The notes under the pieces were generated by a model that was given only the letters and a program-made list of their open reading frames with translations, had not been told where the DNA came from and did no database searches. DNA of 64,000 nt from a virus. The stretch lies in the IMG/VR virus record IMGVR_UViG_3300031519_004866. One strand, 5' to 3'. The position numbers and the translations under genes are program-made. Below, piece after piece: positions 1 through 11,044 of this stretch (positions within the stretch are counted from its first letter, which is position 1; the number at the start of each line of letters is the position of its first letter).

Positions 1-3000
1 TACGTTGATTGGGCATTTAAAACTAGTTTCTTAAATGCAACTCACAATGTTGGAACATTAAAACAAAAAACAAATTATAGAAATGACAGTTTAGAAAGTT
101 ATTTAGATTATATTAATGAAGTTAAACCATATAGTACAACAGTAAGAGAATACATCAGTAAGTATGATACTACTGATACTGCTAATGCAGGCATATCAGA
201 CTTTGATTTACCTCCTTACTACTCAACAGAAGCAGGCAAAATTGTTCCTGTAAGTGCAAACGATAAAATAGTAAGTACATATCCATACAAATATTGGAAT
301 GACAATAAAGGATATGAGATTACAGGTGTTAATATTTCTAATAAAGGTGCTGATTATACAGAAGCTCCTAGAGTATTGATCACTGGCGGCGGAGGCTCTG
401 GAGCCAAAGCAACAGCATATATTACTAGTGGAAAAGTAGTTGGAATTAGACTATCTGAACACGGTGCTGGATACACATCAACCCCAACAGTAACGTTAGT
501 TGGCGGAAATGGTACATCACCTAACACTGCCAACGCTGTTGCTATTCTAGGTAACGGTAAAGCACGTTCAATGCAACTTGGTATTAAGTTTGATAGGCTC
601 TCTAAAACAGGACTTTATCAAAACTTTACTCAAGAAGAGAATTTTGTAGCAACGGGTTCAACTGCGGTGTTTAATTTAACATATCCTCCTACTAGACAAA
701 AGTCAAATATTACAATTATACAGAACGGCCAACTTGTTCTTGACAACGAATACAATATTTCGTTGTACACATTAGACTCTGATGTTTATAAACAACTTAA
801 AGGTAAAATTACCTTTAATACACCACCGGCAGCAAGTGATACAATTAAAATTACATATCAGAAAAACGATGAAATTTTAGATAGTGTTAGTAGAATTAAC
901 AAATACTATTCTCCGGTCTCAGGCATGCTCGGTGACGAGCTTGACCAGCTTATGACAGGAATTGATTTTGGTGGAGTTCAAGTACAAGGAACAACATTTG
1001 AAGTAACTGGAGGCTGGGACGCTCTACCTTGGTTTACTGATAGTTGGGATAGTGTAGAAGCATCGGCTGATTACTACCATGTTGCAGACGGTAGCACACT
1101 TGATGTAGTATTACCATACACACCAGCAGACGGTCAAGTAATTAACATCTACTTAAAACGAGCAGGTATTGTTATACAAGACGATATTCAAGATCTACAA
1201 ATTGAACAAGGTGTACAAGAACCTCCTACACTTAGAATTGACGATCCAAACTACACAGAAAGTTGGGATTCATCAAGTACTGTTAATCCACATGCACAAA
1301 TGCCGACATTTGTTGGAGATGGTAGTACTAACATAGTTCATATTGGAGAAAATGTATCAACACAAACAGGCGATATATTAATATTCCGTCCTGCGGAAAG
1401 CGATGGCGCTGTTACTATTAATGATATTAACTTATTAGATACACAATTAACAGGTGGCACATTGTCAGCAATGGAAGGTGCTTATGCATCAGCAACAGGA
1501 TTAAGAGCTGAAGATATTGTTATTGATGGAGGCTCATATTTTAGTCCAGAACAAGTTGCTGCAACTGAAGAAAATGTTCCAGGACAAGTATTAGATAGTT
1601 TAAGTATTAAAGTATTTCAAAATACAACAGAGGATAGAGGTGCTCCTTTAAATGCAACTGTAAAACTTGGCGATGCTACAACAACTGTGTTTGGAATAGG
1701 TCAAAAAATTCTAGAATCTAAATCAGTTATTGTGTATGTTGATAGTATAAAACAATTACCGGCAACATATATTGTTAATATTGCATCTAGCACTATTGAA
1801 TTTTCAACTGCACCTGCATTAAATGCAAAAATTGAAATACTTTCAATTGGATTAGGCGGCATTGCTATTCTTGATTACCAAGAGTTTATTGCCGACGGCG
1901 AAACTAGCTTGTATCTAACAAATGCAAACTACGATGAAACTGCAACTATCTTTGTAACAGTTAACGGAGTACAAGAAGATACAGGATTTAGAAGTAGTAC
2001 TAACATACTACCCGAAACACCAGATAGAACATTAGTACAATTTGGTACAAATCCTGATAGACTTGCAATTATTAAAATTGTTGCATTAGGTGCGTCTACT
2101 GATGTTGATAGTACATTACAGTCTTTGATTAGAATTAACCAACAAGAATTTGTTTATGAAGGTAGTACTAGAAGTTACGATTTAGATAACTTTGTGCAGC
2201 TAACTAGAGAAAGCGCATTGGCATCTACTATTGTTGAAGTTAATAATAAGAAACTAAAAAGTGCTGATACTATCTATAATGTATACGACGGTGTAGTTAA
2301 AAAGTTTATTTTAGGTATTGATCCTATTGCATCATCTGGTTCTATTGTTCCAACTAATATTAAAGTTTATATTAACAACGAACTTAGAACATTCATTACA
2401 GATTATGTTTATAACGGTACAACTAAAGAATTAGAAATTACTGCTGAAAATCTAGCAGTGGGTGATGTTATTAAAATTGAAAACAATTTAAATGCACAGT
2501 ACTCTGTTGTTGGTAATAACATTATTATTAACGATACTACTTCATTAGTTGCAGGCGACACTATCAACGTAACTTGGTTTAGTGAATATCCGTCAATGCA
2601 AATCGTTACTGATCAATTCGCCGGCGGTAGATCATTTTACCCAATTGCGTTCAAACCACTTTCAGTAAGTTATGTTTGGATTTATAGAAACGGATTAAAG
2701 TTAACTCAGGATATAGATTATCAACTAGATGCAACTAGAGGCGCAATATACATTGAAGGCTCAAACGTAACTAGTGATGTTTTTGATATTGTTGCTTTTG
2801 GCACAAATGTATTTGCATTACCAAGTGCATACGAAGTCAGCAAAGACATGTTAAACAAAAATCATTATACTAGATATGCAATTACTGATAGTCTTGTACT
2901 TGATAAAGATTTAAATTATTACGATACTACTATTACATTAAAAGATGCGTCAACATTGTTTAATCCACAATCAACTATTAATTCAGCTGGTATTGTTGAG

Positions 3001-3597
3001 ATCAATGGAGAGAAAATTGAATACATGACTAAGCAAGGCAATGTGTTAGGACAACTAAGACGTGGCTCGCAGGGTACAGGAATTAATAATGTAACTGTAA
3101 AAGGTTCATTTGTAGTTGATCTAAGCAAAAACGAAATTATACCTTACAAAGATGTACATGAAAGATATGACTTTGTAAGTGATGGCAGTAGTCAGTTAAT
3201 AGGACCATTACCGTTCGTTCCTAAGCTAAGTACTGTTACAGATTGGTATGCAGGCGCAATTCCAGCTATTTACGGAAGATGTGATTCGATTGAAGTGTTT
3301 GCAGGCGGTAGAAGATTACGCAAGACTTACATTGAAGAATACGATGAAACTCTTAGCGCAACTAGCCCAATGGGTGATAAAAAAGTTGAAGCTGAATTTA
3401 GTGTTGACGGAGATACAGCGTATATTAGGCTAACAACGGTACCATCCGCAGGTACACGTATTAGTATTATTAAACAACAAGGAAAAGTATGGTACGATAG
3501 AGGCACAACCACTGCTACAACCGGCGCTACGCTGCTTAAAAACAGTTCACCGATTAGTCAGTTCATTGCTGCCAAGACATCAAAGTTACCGGAATAA
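1..3597 (+). CDS. Very large virion structural protein (baseplate/tail-associated), 5'-truncated by the window edge
   Basis: Frame 1 is open from base 1 (YVDWAFKTSFLNATHNVG...) through the 376..3597 ORF, so the true start lies upstream. Gly/Thr/Ser-rich beta-type sequence, located upstream of the tail-fibre genes. Confidence 0.7.
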   Translation, partial: YVDWAFKTSFLNATHNVGTLKQKTNYRNDSLESYLDYINEVKPYSTTVREYISKYDTTDTANAGISDFDLPPYYSTEAGKIVPVSANDKIVSTYPYKYWNDNKGYEITGVNISNKGADYTEAPRVLITGGGGSGAKATAYITSGKVVGIRLSEHGAGYTSTPTVTLVGGNGTSPNTANAVAILGNGKARSMQLGIKFDRLSKTGLYQNFTQEENFVATGSTAVFNLTYPPTRQKSNITIIQNGQLVLDNEYNISLYTLDSDVYKQLKGKITFNTPPAASDTIKITYQKNDEILDSVSRINKYYSPVSGMLGDELDQLMTGIDFGGVQVQGTTFEVTGGWDALPWFTDSWDSVEASADYYHVADGSTLDVVLPYTPADGQVINIYLKRAGIVIQDDIQDLQIEQGVQEPPTLRIDDPNYTESWDSSSTVNPHAQMPTFVGDGSTNIVHIGENVSTQTGDILIFRPAESDGAVTINDINLLDTQLTGGTLSAMEGAYASATGLRAEDIVIDGGSYFSPEQVAATEENVPGQVLDSLSIKVFQNTTEDRGAPLNATVKLGDATTTVFGIGQKILESKSVIVYVDSIKQLPATYIVNIASSTIEFSTAPALNAKIEILSIGLGGIAILDYQEFIADGETSLYLTNANYDETATIFVTVNGVQEDTGFRSSTNILPETPDRTLVQFGTNPDRLAIIKIVALGASTDVDSTLQSLIRINQQEFVYEGSTRSYDLDNFVQLTRESALASTIVEVNNKKLKSADTIYNVYDGVVKKFILGIDPIASSGSIVPTNIKVYINNELRTFITDYVYNGTTKELEITAENLAVGDVIKIENNLNAQYSVVGNNIIINDTTSLVAGDTINVTWFSEYPSMQIVTDQFAGGRSFYPIAFKPLSVSYVWIYRNGLKLTQDIDYQLDATRGAIYIEGSNVTSDVFDIVAFGTNVFALPSAYEVSKDMLNKNHYTRYAITDSLVLDKDLNYYDTTITLKDASTLFNPQSTINSAGIVEINGEKIEYMTKQGNVLGQLRRGSQGTGINNVTVKGSFVVDLSKNEIIPYKDVHERYDFVSDGSSQLIGPLPFVPKLSTVTDWYAGAIPAIYGRCDSIEVFAGGRRLRKTYIEEYDETLSATSPMGDKKVEAEFSVDGDTAYIRLTTVPSAGTRISIIKQQGKVWYDRGTTTATTGATLLKNSSPISQFIAAKTSKLPE

Positions 3598-3600
3598 ATA
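3594..3600 (+). promoter_or_regulatory. T4-late-like promoter (ATAAATA)
   Basis: ATAAATA overlaps the upstream stop codon, 5-25 nt before the next start; the same motif recurs before many structural genes. Confidence 0.6.
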
Positions 3601-3625
3601 CACTATGAAACTGGAAGATAAACAC

Positions 3626-4267
3626 ATGTCAGATAAACAAAATAAAACGCCAAACAAACCTGGATTAAATGAGACCGGAGGGTTCCATTTTGAAGGGCAT
3701 ATTAAGATCTTCGATCCAGAAACAGGAGAAGTGTTTCAGGATAAGCGCAATGCTATTCATTATGAAAATATGAGTGTTGCAATAGTTAACAGTCTTTCAA
3801 ATCAAGGGATAGGCACTGTCTACGAAATGGCGTTTGGTAGCGGCGGTACTACTGTTGATCCTACAGGCTTAATTACATATCTAACACCTAACACAATCGG
3901 TGCAAACTCCAGTCTTTATAATCAAACATATACTAAAGTTGTTGATCAAAACTCAATTGCTAATGCTGACCCAGTAAGAAATAAAATGGAAATTAGACAT
4001 ATTAGCGGAGCAACATATAGTGATATTGTTATAACTTGTACATTAGATTACGGTGAGCCAGACGATCAACAAGCATTTGATAACAGTGTTGACATGGACA
4101 GTAACTTTGTTTTTGACGAGCTTGGACTTAAATGGTATGATCCAGCAGGAACAGGCAAACTTTTAACACATGTAGTTTTCCACCCAGTTCAAAAGTCGCT
4201 AAACAGACTCTTACAAATTGATTACACAATTAGGGTACAGAGCTTAACCGGCTTTACGGAGGTTTAA
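3626..4267 (+). CDS. Putative virion structural protein (tail/baseplate module)
   Basis: 214-aa ORF from ATG 3626 with GGAAGA upstream (alternative ATG 3605); lies in the structural operon. Confidence 0.6.
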   Translation: MSDKQNKTPNKPGLNETGGFHFEGHIKIFDPETGEVFQDKRNAIHYENMSVAIVNSLSNQGIGTVYEMAFGSGGTTVDPTGLITYLTPNTIGANSSLYNQTYTKVVDQNSIANADPVRNKMEIRHISGATYSDIVITCTLDYGEPDDQQAFDNSVDMDSNFVFDELGLKWYDPAGTGKLLTHVVFHPVQKSLNRLLQIDYTIRVQSLTGFTEV

Positions 4268-4270
4268 TAG

Positions 4271-6412
4271 ATGCCATATATTGTTAATTTTACAGACAGC
4301 GAAAACAAAACTCCAATTACAGTTTTCGATAATACGTCTAGTCAGGATACTAGTTTAACATTTCCAGGACGTAACGTTACTGGATACGGACAAATTATTG
4401 CTGAAAACTTTCTTTCTGTTTTAGAAAACTTTGCAAGTGCTAATGCACCAGTTAATCCAGTCGAAGGCCAGTTATGGTACGATACTACTAACGGTGTACT
4501 ACAATTATTTGATAACACTGCATGGAAAGCAGCATCAAACATTCAAAAGAGTGTTACTGAGCCAAGCGTAGAAAATTCTAAAGTTGGTGAACTTTGGGTT
4601 GATACAACAAACCAGCAGCTAAGAATTTACACAGGAACTAGATGGCTGTTAGTTGGACCAGCAGAAAGTTCAATTGACGGGTTACGATACGGCCCAGCAG
4701 TTGAAAATATTGCAGACTCAGATAACCAAACAAAAAGTATTTTAACTTTATATATTGCTGACCAACCGATTGTTGTTGTTTCAAAAGATTCATTTACTCC
4801 TAAAGTTAATATTAAAGGATTTGCAACTATTAAAGCAGGTCTTAATGTTGCTACTCCTGCAAACGACACAGAAAGAACTGAATTTGCTTCATTATTCTTA
4901 GGCGGCAACCTTCCTAAACTAATTGGTACTGCAAAAAATGCAGATGCGTTAAACATAGGCGGAGTTGAAGTATCAGCAGGTAAGTTTTTAAGAAGCGATA
5001 TTATTAATACAACTGATTTTGGTTTTAATGTTAGAAATAATGCAGGTTTAACTATTGGAGTTGACGGCAACTTCCAAGTAACAACATCAGCAACAGCAGC
5101 AAAGATTTATAATTCAGCAGCAGGTAGTTCATTAGATCTACAAATTAACAGAAACGGCATTCCAACTACAATTCTTAGAGTGCTTGATAATAAAATTGGC
5201 ATTAACCTTGCTGCTCCAGAAGAAGCACTTGATGTTGACGGTAATTTTGGATTAACTGGCGCAATTAAGATCACTAACGTTGCTGAAACAACAAACTTAT
5301 CAACAGGTAGTATTATTACAGCAGGCGGTATTGCTGTTGCTAAAAATATTTTAGTTGGCGGCACAGCAGATATTACTGGCACGATTAAATCACAGACTTT
5401 AAGACCGCAAACAAATGACACATATAATGTTGGTGAAGAGACTAATCGGTGGAACACAGTATATGCTAAATCAATTAAAGCTGATGAAATTATTGGTACA
5501 ATTAACGGTAACATTACAGGTAATGCTAATACTGCAACAAACTTAAAAAATGTTACTAGTTTTTCACTTGTAGGTGACGTTGTGTCGCCAGCAGTACAAT
5601 TTGACGGACAAGTTGGAAACTATACTAAAACTTTCCAAACTACACTAACAGCTAACATTGTTAAAGATAGAGATGAACCAGCACCAAACATATCAGATAA
5701 AAATGATTTTTTGCTGGTATACAGATCTTCAGCAGAAGCTGGAGGCGCAACTGGGCTATTAAAACAAACTAGAGATACATTCGTCGGCGACTTAGGTATT
5801 CCACTAGGCGGTATTATGCCATATGCAGGATCAGCAACACCCAATGGTTTTTTATTATGTGATGGTGGCGAAGTTGAAAGATCTAAGTTTCCAGAATTGT
5901 TTGACATTATTGGAACAACATATAACGGATCAGCAGCACTTAACGGTGTAGGAACATTTAGACTTCCAGACTTACGTGGACGTTTTGCATTAGGTAAACA
6001 TAATATGGATAACAATATTAATGTTCCAAATGCAATTGGCGGATTTGTTGACAATGGCGGCGGTGAACCAAGCCCATCAAGAGTTGAAGGTACAGAAGCT
6101 CAAACACTTGCAGGCGCAGCTGGTGCATCTGCGGTAGGACTAACACTTGGCAACTTACCAGATCACGAACACAACATGACAGCAAACGGAGTTCAATACT
6201 CGGCAGTTAGAATTGACTCTGCTATTGTTAGCCCAGGTACAACTGGATTAGGTCCAACAGCAGTTGGCCAAGCACAGTACTTGCAACAGTCCGGCGGTAT
6301 TAAAAAGCCAAGCACTGACTTTGCATTAGGTTCGTTAGTGGGTATTATGAATCCGTATTTAACACTTAACTATATTATACGATCTGGACCACCAGCGTTT
6401 ACAACGACATAA
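4271..6412 (+). CDS. Tail fibre/baseplate protein with phage tail-collar domain
   Basis: C-terminal tail-collar signature GGIMPYAG...GFLLCDG...FPELFDIIGTTY...FRLPDLRGRF; N-terminal GRNVTGYGQIIAENF...LENFA domain shared with three downstream paralogues. Confidence 0.8.
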   Translation: MPYIVNFTDSENKTPITVFDNTSSQDTSLTFPGRNVTGYGQIIAENFLSVLENFASANAPVNPVEGQLWYDTTNGVLQLFDNTAWKAASNIQKSVTEPSVENSKVGELWVDTTNQQLRIYTGTRWLLVGPAESSIDGLRYGPAVENIADSDNQTKSILTLYIADQPIVVVSKDSFTPKVNIKGFATIKAGLNVATPANDTERTEFASLFLGGNLPKLIGTAKNADALNIGGVEVSAGKFLRSDIINTTDFGFNVRNNAGLTIGVDGNFQVTTSATAAKIYNSAAGSSLDLQINRNGIPTTILRVLDNKIGINLAAPEEALDVDGNFGLTGAIKITNVAETTNLSTGSIITAGGIAVAKNILVGGTADITGTIKSQTLRPQTNDTYNVGEETNRWNTVYAKSIKADEIIGTINGNITGNANTATNLKNVTSFSLVGDVVSPAVQFDGQVGNYTKTFQTTLTANIVKDRDEPAPNISDKNDFLLVYRSSAEAGGATGLLKQTRDTFVGDLGIPLGGIMPYAGSATPNGFLLCDGGEVERSKFPELFDIIGTTYNGSAALNGVGTFRLPDLRGRFALGKHNMDNNINVPNAIGGFVDNGGGEPSPSRVEGTEAQTLAGAAGASAVGLTLGNLPDHEHNMTANGVQYSAVRIDSAIVSPGTTGLGPTAVGQAQYLQQSGGIKKPSTDFALGSLVGIMNPYLTLNYIIRSGPPAFTTT

Positions 6413-6424
6413 GGCGAGATATAA

Positions 6425-8293
6425 ATGGCATATCAAATTAATAAAACAGACGGCACAATAGTTTCAACAGTCGCAGACGGTCAAATTGATAATATCTCAA
6501 CTGACATTACGCTGATTGGTAAGAACTATAGTGGCTTCGGCGAAGTACTTAATGAAAACTTTATTAAAATACTTGAAAACTTTTCAAACGTAACTGCACC
6601 AACTGCTCCAATTAAAGGGCAAATTTGGTTTGATGCATCTGAATCAAAACTAAAAGTATATAGCGGAACAGCATTTGTTCCTGTAAGTTCTGCAACAATT
6701 GCTAACACACAACCAGCTACACTAGGTGTAGGTGACTTGTGGTTTAACGACATTGCTAAACAGCTATATTTCTTTGATGGTACAAGTACAATCTTACTAG
6801 GCCCAGCATATTCTGATGCACAAGGAGTAAGTGGTATTGTTGTAACAAGCATACTTGATACGCTAAACCAAACTCGTGTTATTTCGTCATTATATAATAA
6901 TGGTATTTTGTTAGGTATATTTGCTAAAGATACGTTTACTCCTAAAAATGATATTGATGGATTTAGCGGAGCAATCATTCCAGGATTTAACCAAGGTACA
7001 CTAGCAGGAATTAAATTTGATGTTACTTGTACAAACTCTGAAAAGTTAGCCAACGTTGATTCTACAAACTATGTTAGAAAAGACACTGCTAACTCTTTAA
7101 CTAATACACTTAGAATTGAAAGTGATTTAGGACTAGTTGTAGGATCTGCATCACAAGCTAACTTGTCAGTTGACAACGGTAACGTTAAACTATCAAACGC
7201 TGCTGAAAATAAATTATTGATTTTAGATGTAAGAAAAGGCATTTCGCAAGAGATTGCAATAAAAATTGATCCAGCTAATAGACAGATTGATTTATACGAA
7301 GGTGCTATAGATAGTGCTGTTAAACTTGGTGGAGAGTTAGAAGTTGCAGGTGATGTTACTATTAGAGGAAGTTTAGTTATTAATGATGGCGATCTTGCTA
7401 CAATTAGACAAACCGAACTAGTAGTTGAAGACAAATACATTGTACTAGCACAAACAGGCGACAGTGGATCTAATTCAGATGAGATTGCTGACGGTGGAGG
7501 CTTAGTATTAAAAGGCACAACAGACAAAGTGTTGATGTACTCAAAAGACGGCCTCGGAGCAACAGCAGAATATCCAGCACTAGCATCACAAGCATGGACA
7601 AGTTCAGAACATGTAAACCTTGCAACAGGCAAAGAATTTAAAATTAACGGCGTTACAGTACTAAGCGGAAATTCATTAGGTACTGGTATTACAGCGATTC
7701 CAGGTGTTACTAGCTTTGGTGCGCAAAACGTTGTTAACGTTGGCCCTGGGCTACCACCTGTAGCGCAGATGAGACTCGAAGATAATAAAATTTCAACTCT
7801 TGCTAATAACGATAACTTAGAAATAGAACCAGATGGTACAGGTAACGTTGCATTAATTGGATCTCCTAAAATTACAGGAATGTTAGATCCAACTGATCCG
7901 CAAGATGCCGCAACAAAAGAATATGTAGACGATATTGCTGAAACTAGATCACTAGCATTTAGCATGGACTTATCAGATGGTAAACCAAACAGTTATATTG
8001 CATCAGAAATTTTAACAAACTTAGCACCACCAGCAGAGTATAGAACTGGGACAATAGCAAGAATCTTAGCAACACTTTTAAGTAACTCAACAGTTTCAGT
8101 TAATTTAAATCCGTTATTAGATCAAGCTACAGCTACATTTAATACTCCAACAGGTACAGCCCCAGGAGTGGTAAATGTGTCGCTTGATACTGCAAGTATT
8201 CCAGCAGCAGGTATTACAACATCTAGAATTATTAAAACGTTCCAGTTGTTAGGTGGTAATTGGCAACATCTTAACGATCAGGTGCTACCATAA
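6425..8293 (+). CDS. Tail fibre/baseplate protein, paralogue 2
   Basis: N-terminus MAYQINKTDG...GKNYSGFGEVLNENFIKILENF...GQIWFD matches the neighbouring paralogues. Confidence 0.7.
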   Translation: MAYQINKTDGTIVSTVADGQIDNISTDITLIGKNYSGFGEVLNENFIKILENFSNVTAPTAPIKGQIWFDASESKLKVYSGTAFVPVSSATIANTQPATLGVGDLWFNDIAKQLYFFDGTSTILLGPAYSDAQGVSGIVVTSILDTLNQTRVISSLYNNGILLGIFAKDTFTPKNDIDGFSGAIIPGFNQGTLAGIKFDVTCTNSEKLANVDSTNYVRKDTANSLTNTLRIESDLGLVVGSASQANLSVDNGNVKLSNAAENKLLILDVRKGISQEIAIKIDPANRQIDLYEGAIDSAVKLGGELEVAGDVTIRGSLVINDGDLATIRQTELVVEDKYIVLAQTGDSGSNSDEIADGGGLVLKGTTDKVLMYSKDGLGATAEYPALASQAWTSSEHVNLATGKEFKINGVTVLSGNSLGTGITAIPGVTSFGAQNVVNVGPGLPPVAQMRLEDNKISTLANNDNLEIEPDGTGNVALIGSPKITGMLDPTDPQDAATKEYVDDIAETRSLAFSMDLSDGKPNSYIASEILTNLAPPAEYRTGTIARILATLLSNSTVSVNLNPLLDQATATFNTPTGTAPGVVNVSLDTASIPAAGITTSRIIKTFQLLGGNWQHLNDQVLP

Positions 8294-8315
8294 CATGAAA
8301 ATAGGAGCGTTTTAA

Positions 8316-10547
8316 ATGGCTTATGTAATTAATAAAACCGACGGTACTCAATTAGTTGTACTACAAGATGCAGCAGTTGATTCAACAACAAGTTTATCGT
8401 TTGTTGGTAGAAACTACGTTGGATACGGTGAAATTCAAAATGAAAACTTTTTATTCCTTTTAGAGAATTTTGCAAACCGTTCAGCTCCTGCTACACCTAT
8501 TGTAGGGCAATGTTGGTTTGACTCAATATTAAATATTTTAAAGATTTACAATGGTGAAGACTGGGTAGAAGTAGGTGCAGCATCAGTAGGTGCAACATCG
8601 CCAACAACACCAGCAACAGGATCTTTTTGGTTAAAAAGTGCGCCAACAGCACTAACACCAGCAATACCATCACTACATGTTTATAACGGCATTGAATGGA
8701 TTAAAATAGGTCCAGAGAGTGCAGAAGGATTTCTTGAAACTAGATCTAAATCTACGTCATTAGTATCAGACGCAGGAGCAACGTATCCAGTTATACAGCT
8801 CGTTGTTAATGATCTTGTAATAGGGATAGTAACATCGAGTCCATTTACAATTGCATCATCAAATGCAGTTCCAGGATTTACCGATTTAATTGCAGGTATT
8901 AACCTAGCAGCAACTACAAAAGTAATGGCCACACTACAAGGTGTTGCTGACAAGGCAGTAAGACTAGAACATCCAGTACTAGTTAATGGTGTTACTTTTG
9001 ACGGATCGTCAGACCTTACAGTTAGAGCGCAAACACCTCACAGTCTACAAGCAGGCGGGTACCTTACAGGTACAGACTTTGATGGTGGAAGTACTTTATC
9101 TTGGGCAGTTGATGCATCTAGTTTAAATCAAATTGGAAAAATTGTAGCAAGAGATAGTTCAGGTAATTTTGCAGCAGGAACAATTACTGCAAACTTAACA
9201 GGTGACGTTGCAGGTGACGTTGCAGGGGCAACAGCAAGTTTTACAGGTGATGTTACAGCAGCAAGATTTATAGGAGCATCTCTTTCAGGAACAGCAGCCG
9301 CAGCACAGCGTTTATCAACAGCAAGAAATATTAACGGTGTTGGGTTTGACGGAACAACTGACATTACAGTTACATCTGATGCTAATACACTAACAGGTAC
9401 TAATTTACATAATACTGTAATTTCATCTGCATTAACAAGTGTAGGTACATTAACAACACTTAACACTGCTGGAAATATTACAATTAATGGAAATTTAGTG
9501 CTTGACGGTACAGTTAATGCTACTGAAATAAAAGCAACTAACCAAATTAGTTTAGCTGCAACAGAAGGTGTAGATTATCAATTAAATTTATACGGACCAA
9601 CAAGATCACCTAGTTTAAATGCAGGATTTATTCCAAGCAATGATGTAAATTTAGATCTTGGATCTAGTGCATTACGTTTTAAGAATACATACTCACAAAA
9701 CTTTACAGGTAACTTGACTGGTAATGTTACAGGTAATGCAACTACTGCAACTACTGCAACAAACGTTGCTGGCGGAGCAGGCGGAACAATGCCGTATCAA
9801 ACTGCTGCAGGAACAACGGCTCATATACCATCAGGCGTTGCAGGTCAGTTATTAAAATCAACTGGATCAGGGCAGCCGGTATGGGATACTATTACATTTT
9901 CAACACTAACAGCTGGTAGTTATATTACAGGGTTAGCATATGACGGTATTACTAGCACCTCATTTAATGTAGATGCAACAACTGCAAACACAGCAAATAA
10001 AGTAGTTGCTCGTGATGCAAGTGGTAACTTTAGTGCTGGTACAATTACTGCAAACTTAACAGGTAATGCAACTACAGCAACTACAGCAACTACAGCAATT
10101 ACAGCAACGTCGGCGACTACTGCAACTACTGCAACTAATGCAACTAATGCATCTTATGCAGTTACTCAAGCAACAGCAGATAGTTCAACATTAATTGCTA
10201 CAACAGCATTTGTACAAAACGTTGTTAACACTACAATTAAAAGAACTATGACAATTAGTTCACCAGCTCCAAATACTAGCTCACCTGATGCACAATATGC
10301 TGATCTTATTCAAGCATATCTACCAGCAAGTACAGCAAGTGGACAGACATTTGAATTAATTATTAACAACATTTATGCAGGAAGTTCAAGTAGCTTTAGC
10401 GCAGGAAGATGGATCTTAGCATATCGTTGGGCCACTGCAAGTGTATCAACTAGTACTTCGATTTATAATAGTAGTACAGGATATAAATTGATTTATCAAT
10501 CCAATGGTAGTACTTGGGCATATACAGGAACCTGGAGTACGATTTAA
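8316..10547 (+). CDS. Tail fibre protein, paralogue 3, with Thr/Ala repeats
   Basis: Same N-terminal domain; internal duplicated VARD(S/A)SGNF(A/S)AGTITANLTG; TATTA repeats. Confidence 0.75.
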   Translation: MAYVINKTDGTQLVVLQDAAVDSTTSLSFVGRNYVGYGEIQNENFLFLLENFANRSAPATPIVGQCWFDSILNILKIYNGEDWVEVGAASVGATSPTTPATGSFWLKSAPTALTPAIPSLHVYNGIEWIKIGPESAEGFLETRSKSTSLVSDAGATYPVIQLVVNDLVIGIVTSSPFTIASSNAVPGFTDLIAGINLAATTKVMATLQGVADKAVRLEHPVLVNGVTFDGSSDLTVRAQTPHSLQAGGYLTGTDFDGGSTLSWAVDASSLNQIGKIVARDSSGNFAAGTITANLTGDVAGDVAGATASFTGDVTAARFIGASLSGTAAAAQRLSTARNINGVGFDGTTDITVTSDANTLTGTNLHNTVISSALTSVGTLTTLNTAGNITINGNLVLDGTVNATEIKATNQISLAATEGVDYQLNLYGPTRSPSLNAGFIPSNDVNLDLGSSALRFKNTYSQNFTGNLTGNVTGNATTATTATNVAGGAGGTMPYQTAAGTTAHIPSGVAGQLLKSTGSGQPVWDTITFSTLTAGSYITGLAYDGITSTSFNVDATTANTANKVVARDASGNFSAGTITANLTGNATTATTATTAITATSATTATTATNATNASYAVTQATADSSTLIATTAFVQNVVNTTIKRTMTISSPAPNTSSPDAQYADLIQAYLPASTASGQTFELIINNIYAGSSSSFSAGRWILAYRWATASVSTSTSIYNSSTGYKLIYQSNGSTWAYTGTWSTI
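10068..10151 (+). repeat. Degenerate 9-bp coding tandem repeat (GCAACTACA-like) encoding ATTATTATAITATSATTATTATNATNA
   Basis: Directly visible: gca act aca gca act aca gca act aca gca att aca gca acg ... Confidence 0.9.
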
Positions 10548-11044
10548 TGGCACAGGTATCGTTGATACCGAACTATTGTAAAAATGTTGATGAAATAGTA
10601 AGGTTAGTAGAGGCAAACGAAGAAAGTTTTTTTGTAAGAGAACAAGGCGCAGAGTTTAATTTTGTTACTGCATACGGCGAAAGTAAACTAAAAAGTATGT
10701 TCCGTTGGAACATGCCAAACGAATTAAAGGAGTTGATAAATGAATCAATTCCAGAAGAAGATAAGACTTGTGATAGTTTTTGTATAAACAAATACGATCC
10801 AGGCGATTATTTAAAAAGGCACCGAGATAGTGCAGGCGGGTATTGGAAGTTTAAACTAATATTTTTAAGAGCTGATGCTCCGCACTTTTGTTGGTACGAT
10901 GAAGAAGGTAACAGTAATTTGGTTGACGAAACACCTGGAATGTTTATTGATATGCCAGTTAATTTAGAACACGAAGTTACTAAAATAGAACAAAATGAAA
11001 GACCTAAGATAAGTCTTGCATTAAGTTGGGGAAGAACTAGATGA
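10547..11044 (+). CDS. 2OG-Fe(II) dioxygenase superfamily protein
   Basis: INKYDPGDYLKRHRD (HxD), EHEV (distal His) and KISLALS as in 2OG-Fe(II) oxygenases; ATG 10547 overlaps the upstream TAA. Confidence 0.75.
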   Translation: MAQVSLIPNYCKNVDEIVRLVEANEESFFVREQGAEFNFVTAYGESKLKSMFRWNMPNELKELINESIPEEDKTCDSFCINKYDPGDYLKRHRDSAGGYWKFKLIFLRADAPHFCWYDEEGNSNLVDETPGMFIDMPVNLEHEVTKIEQNERPKISLALSWGRTR

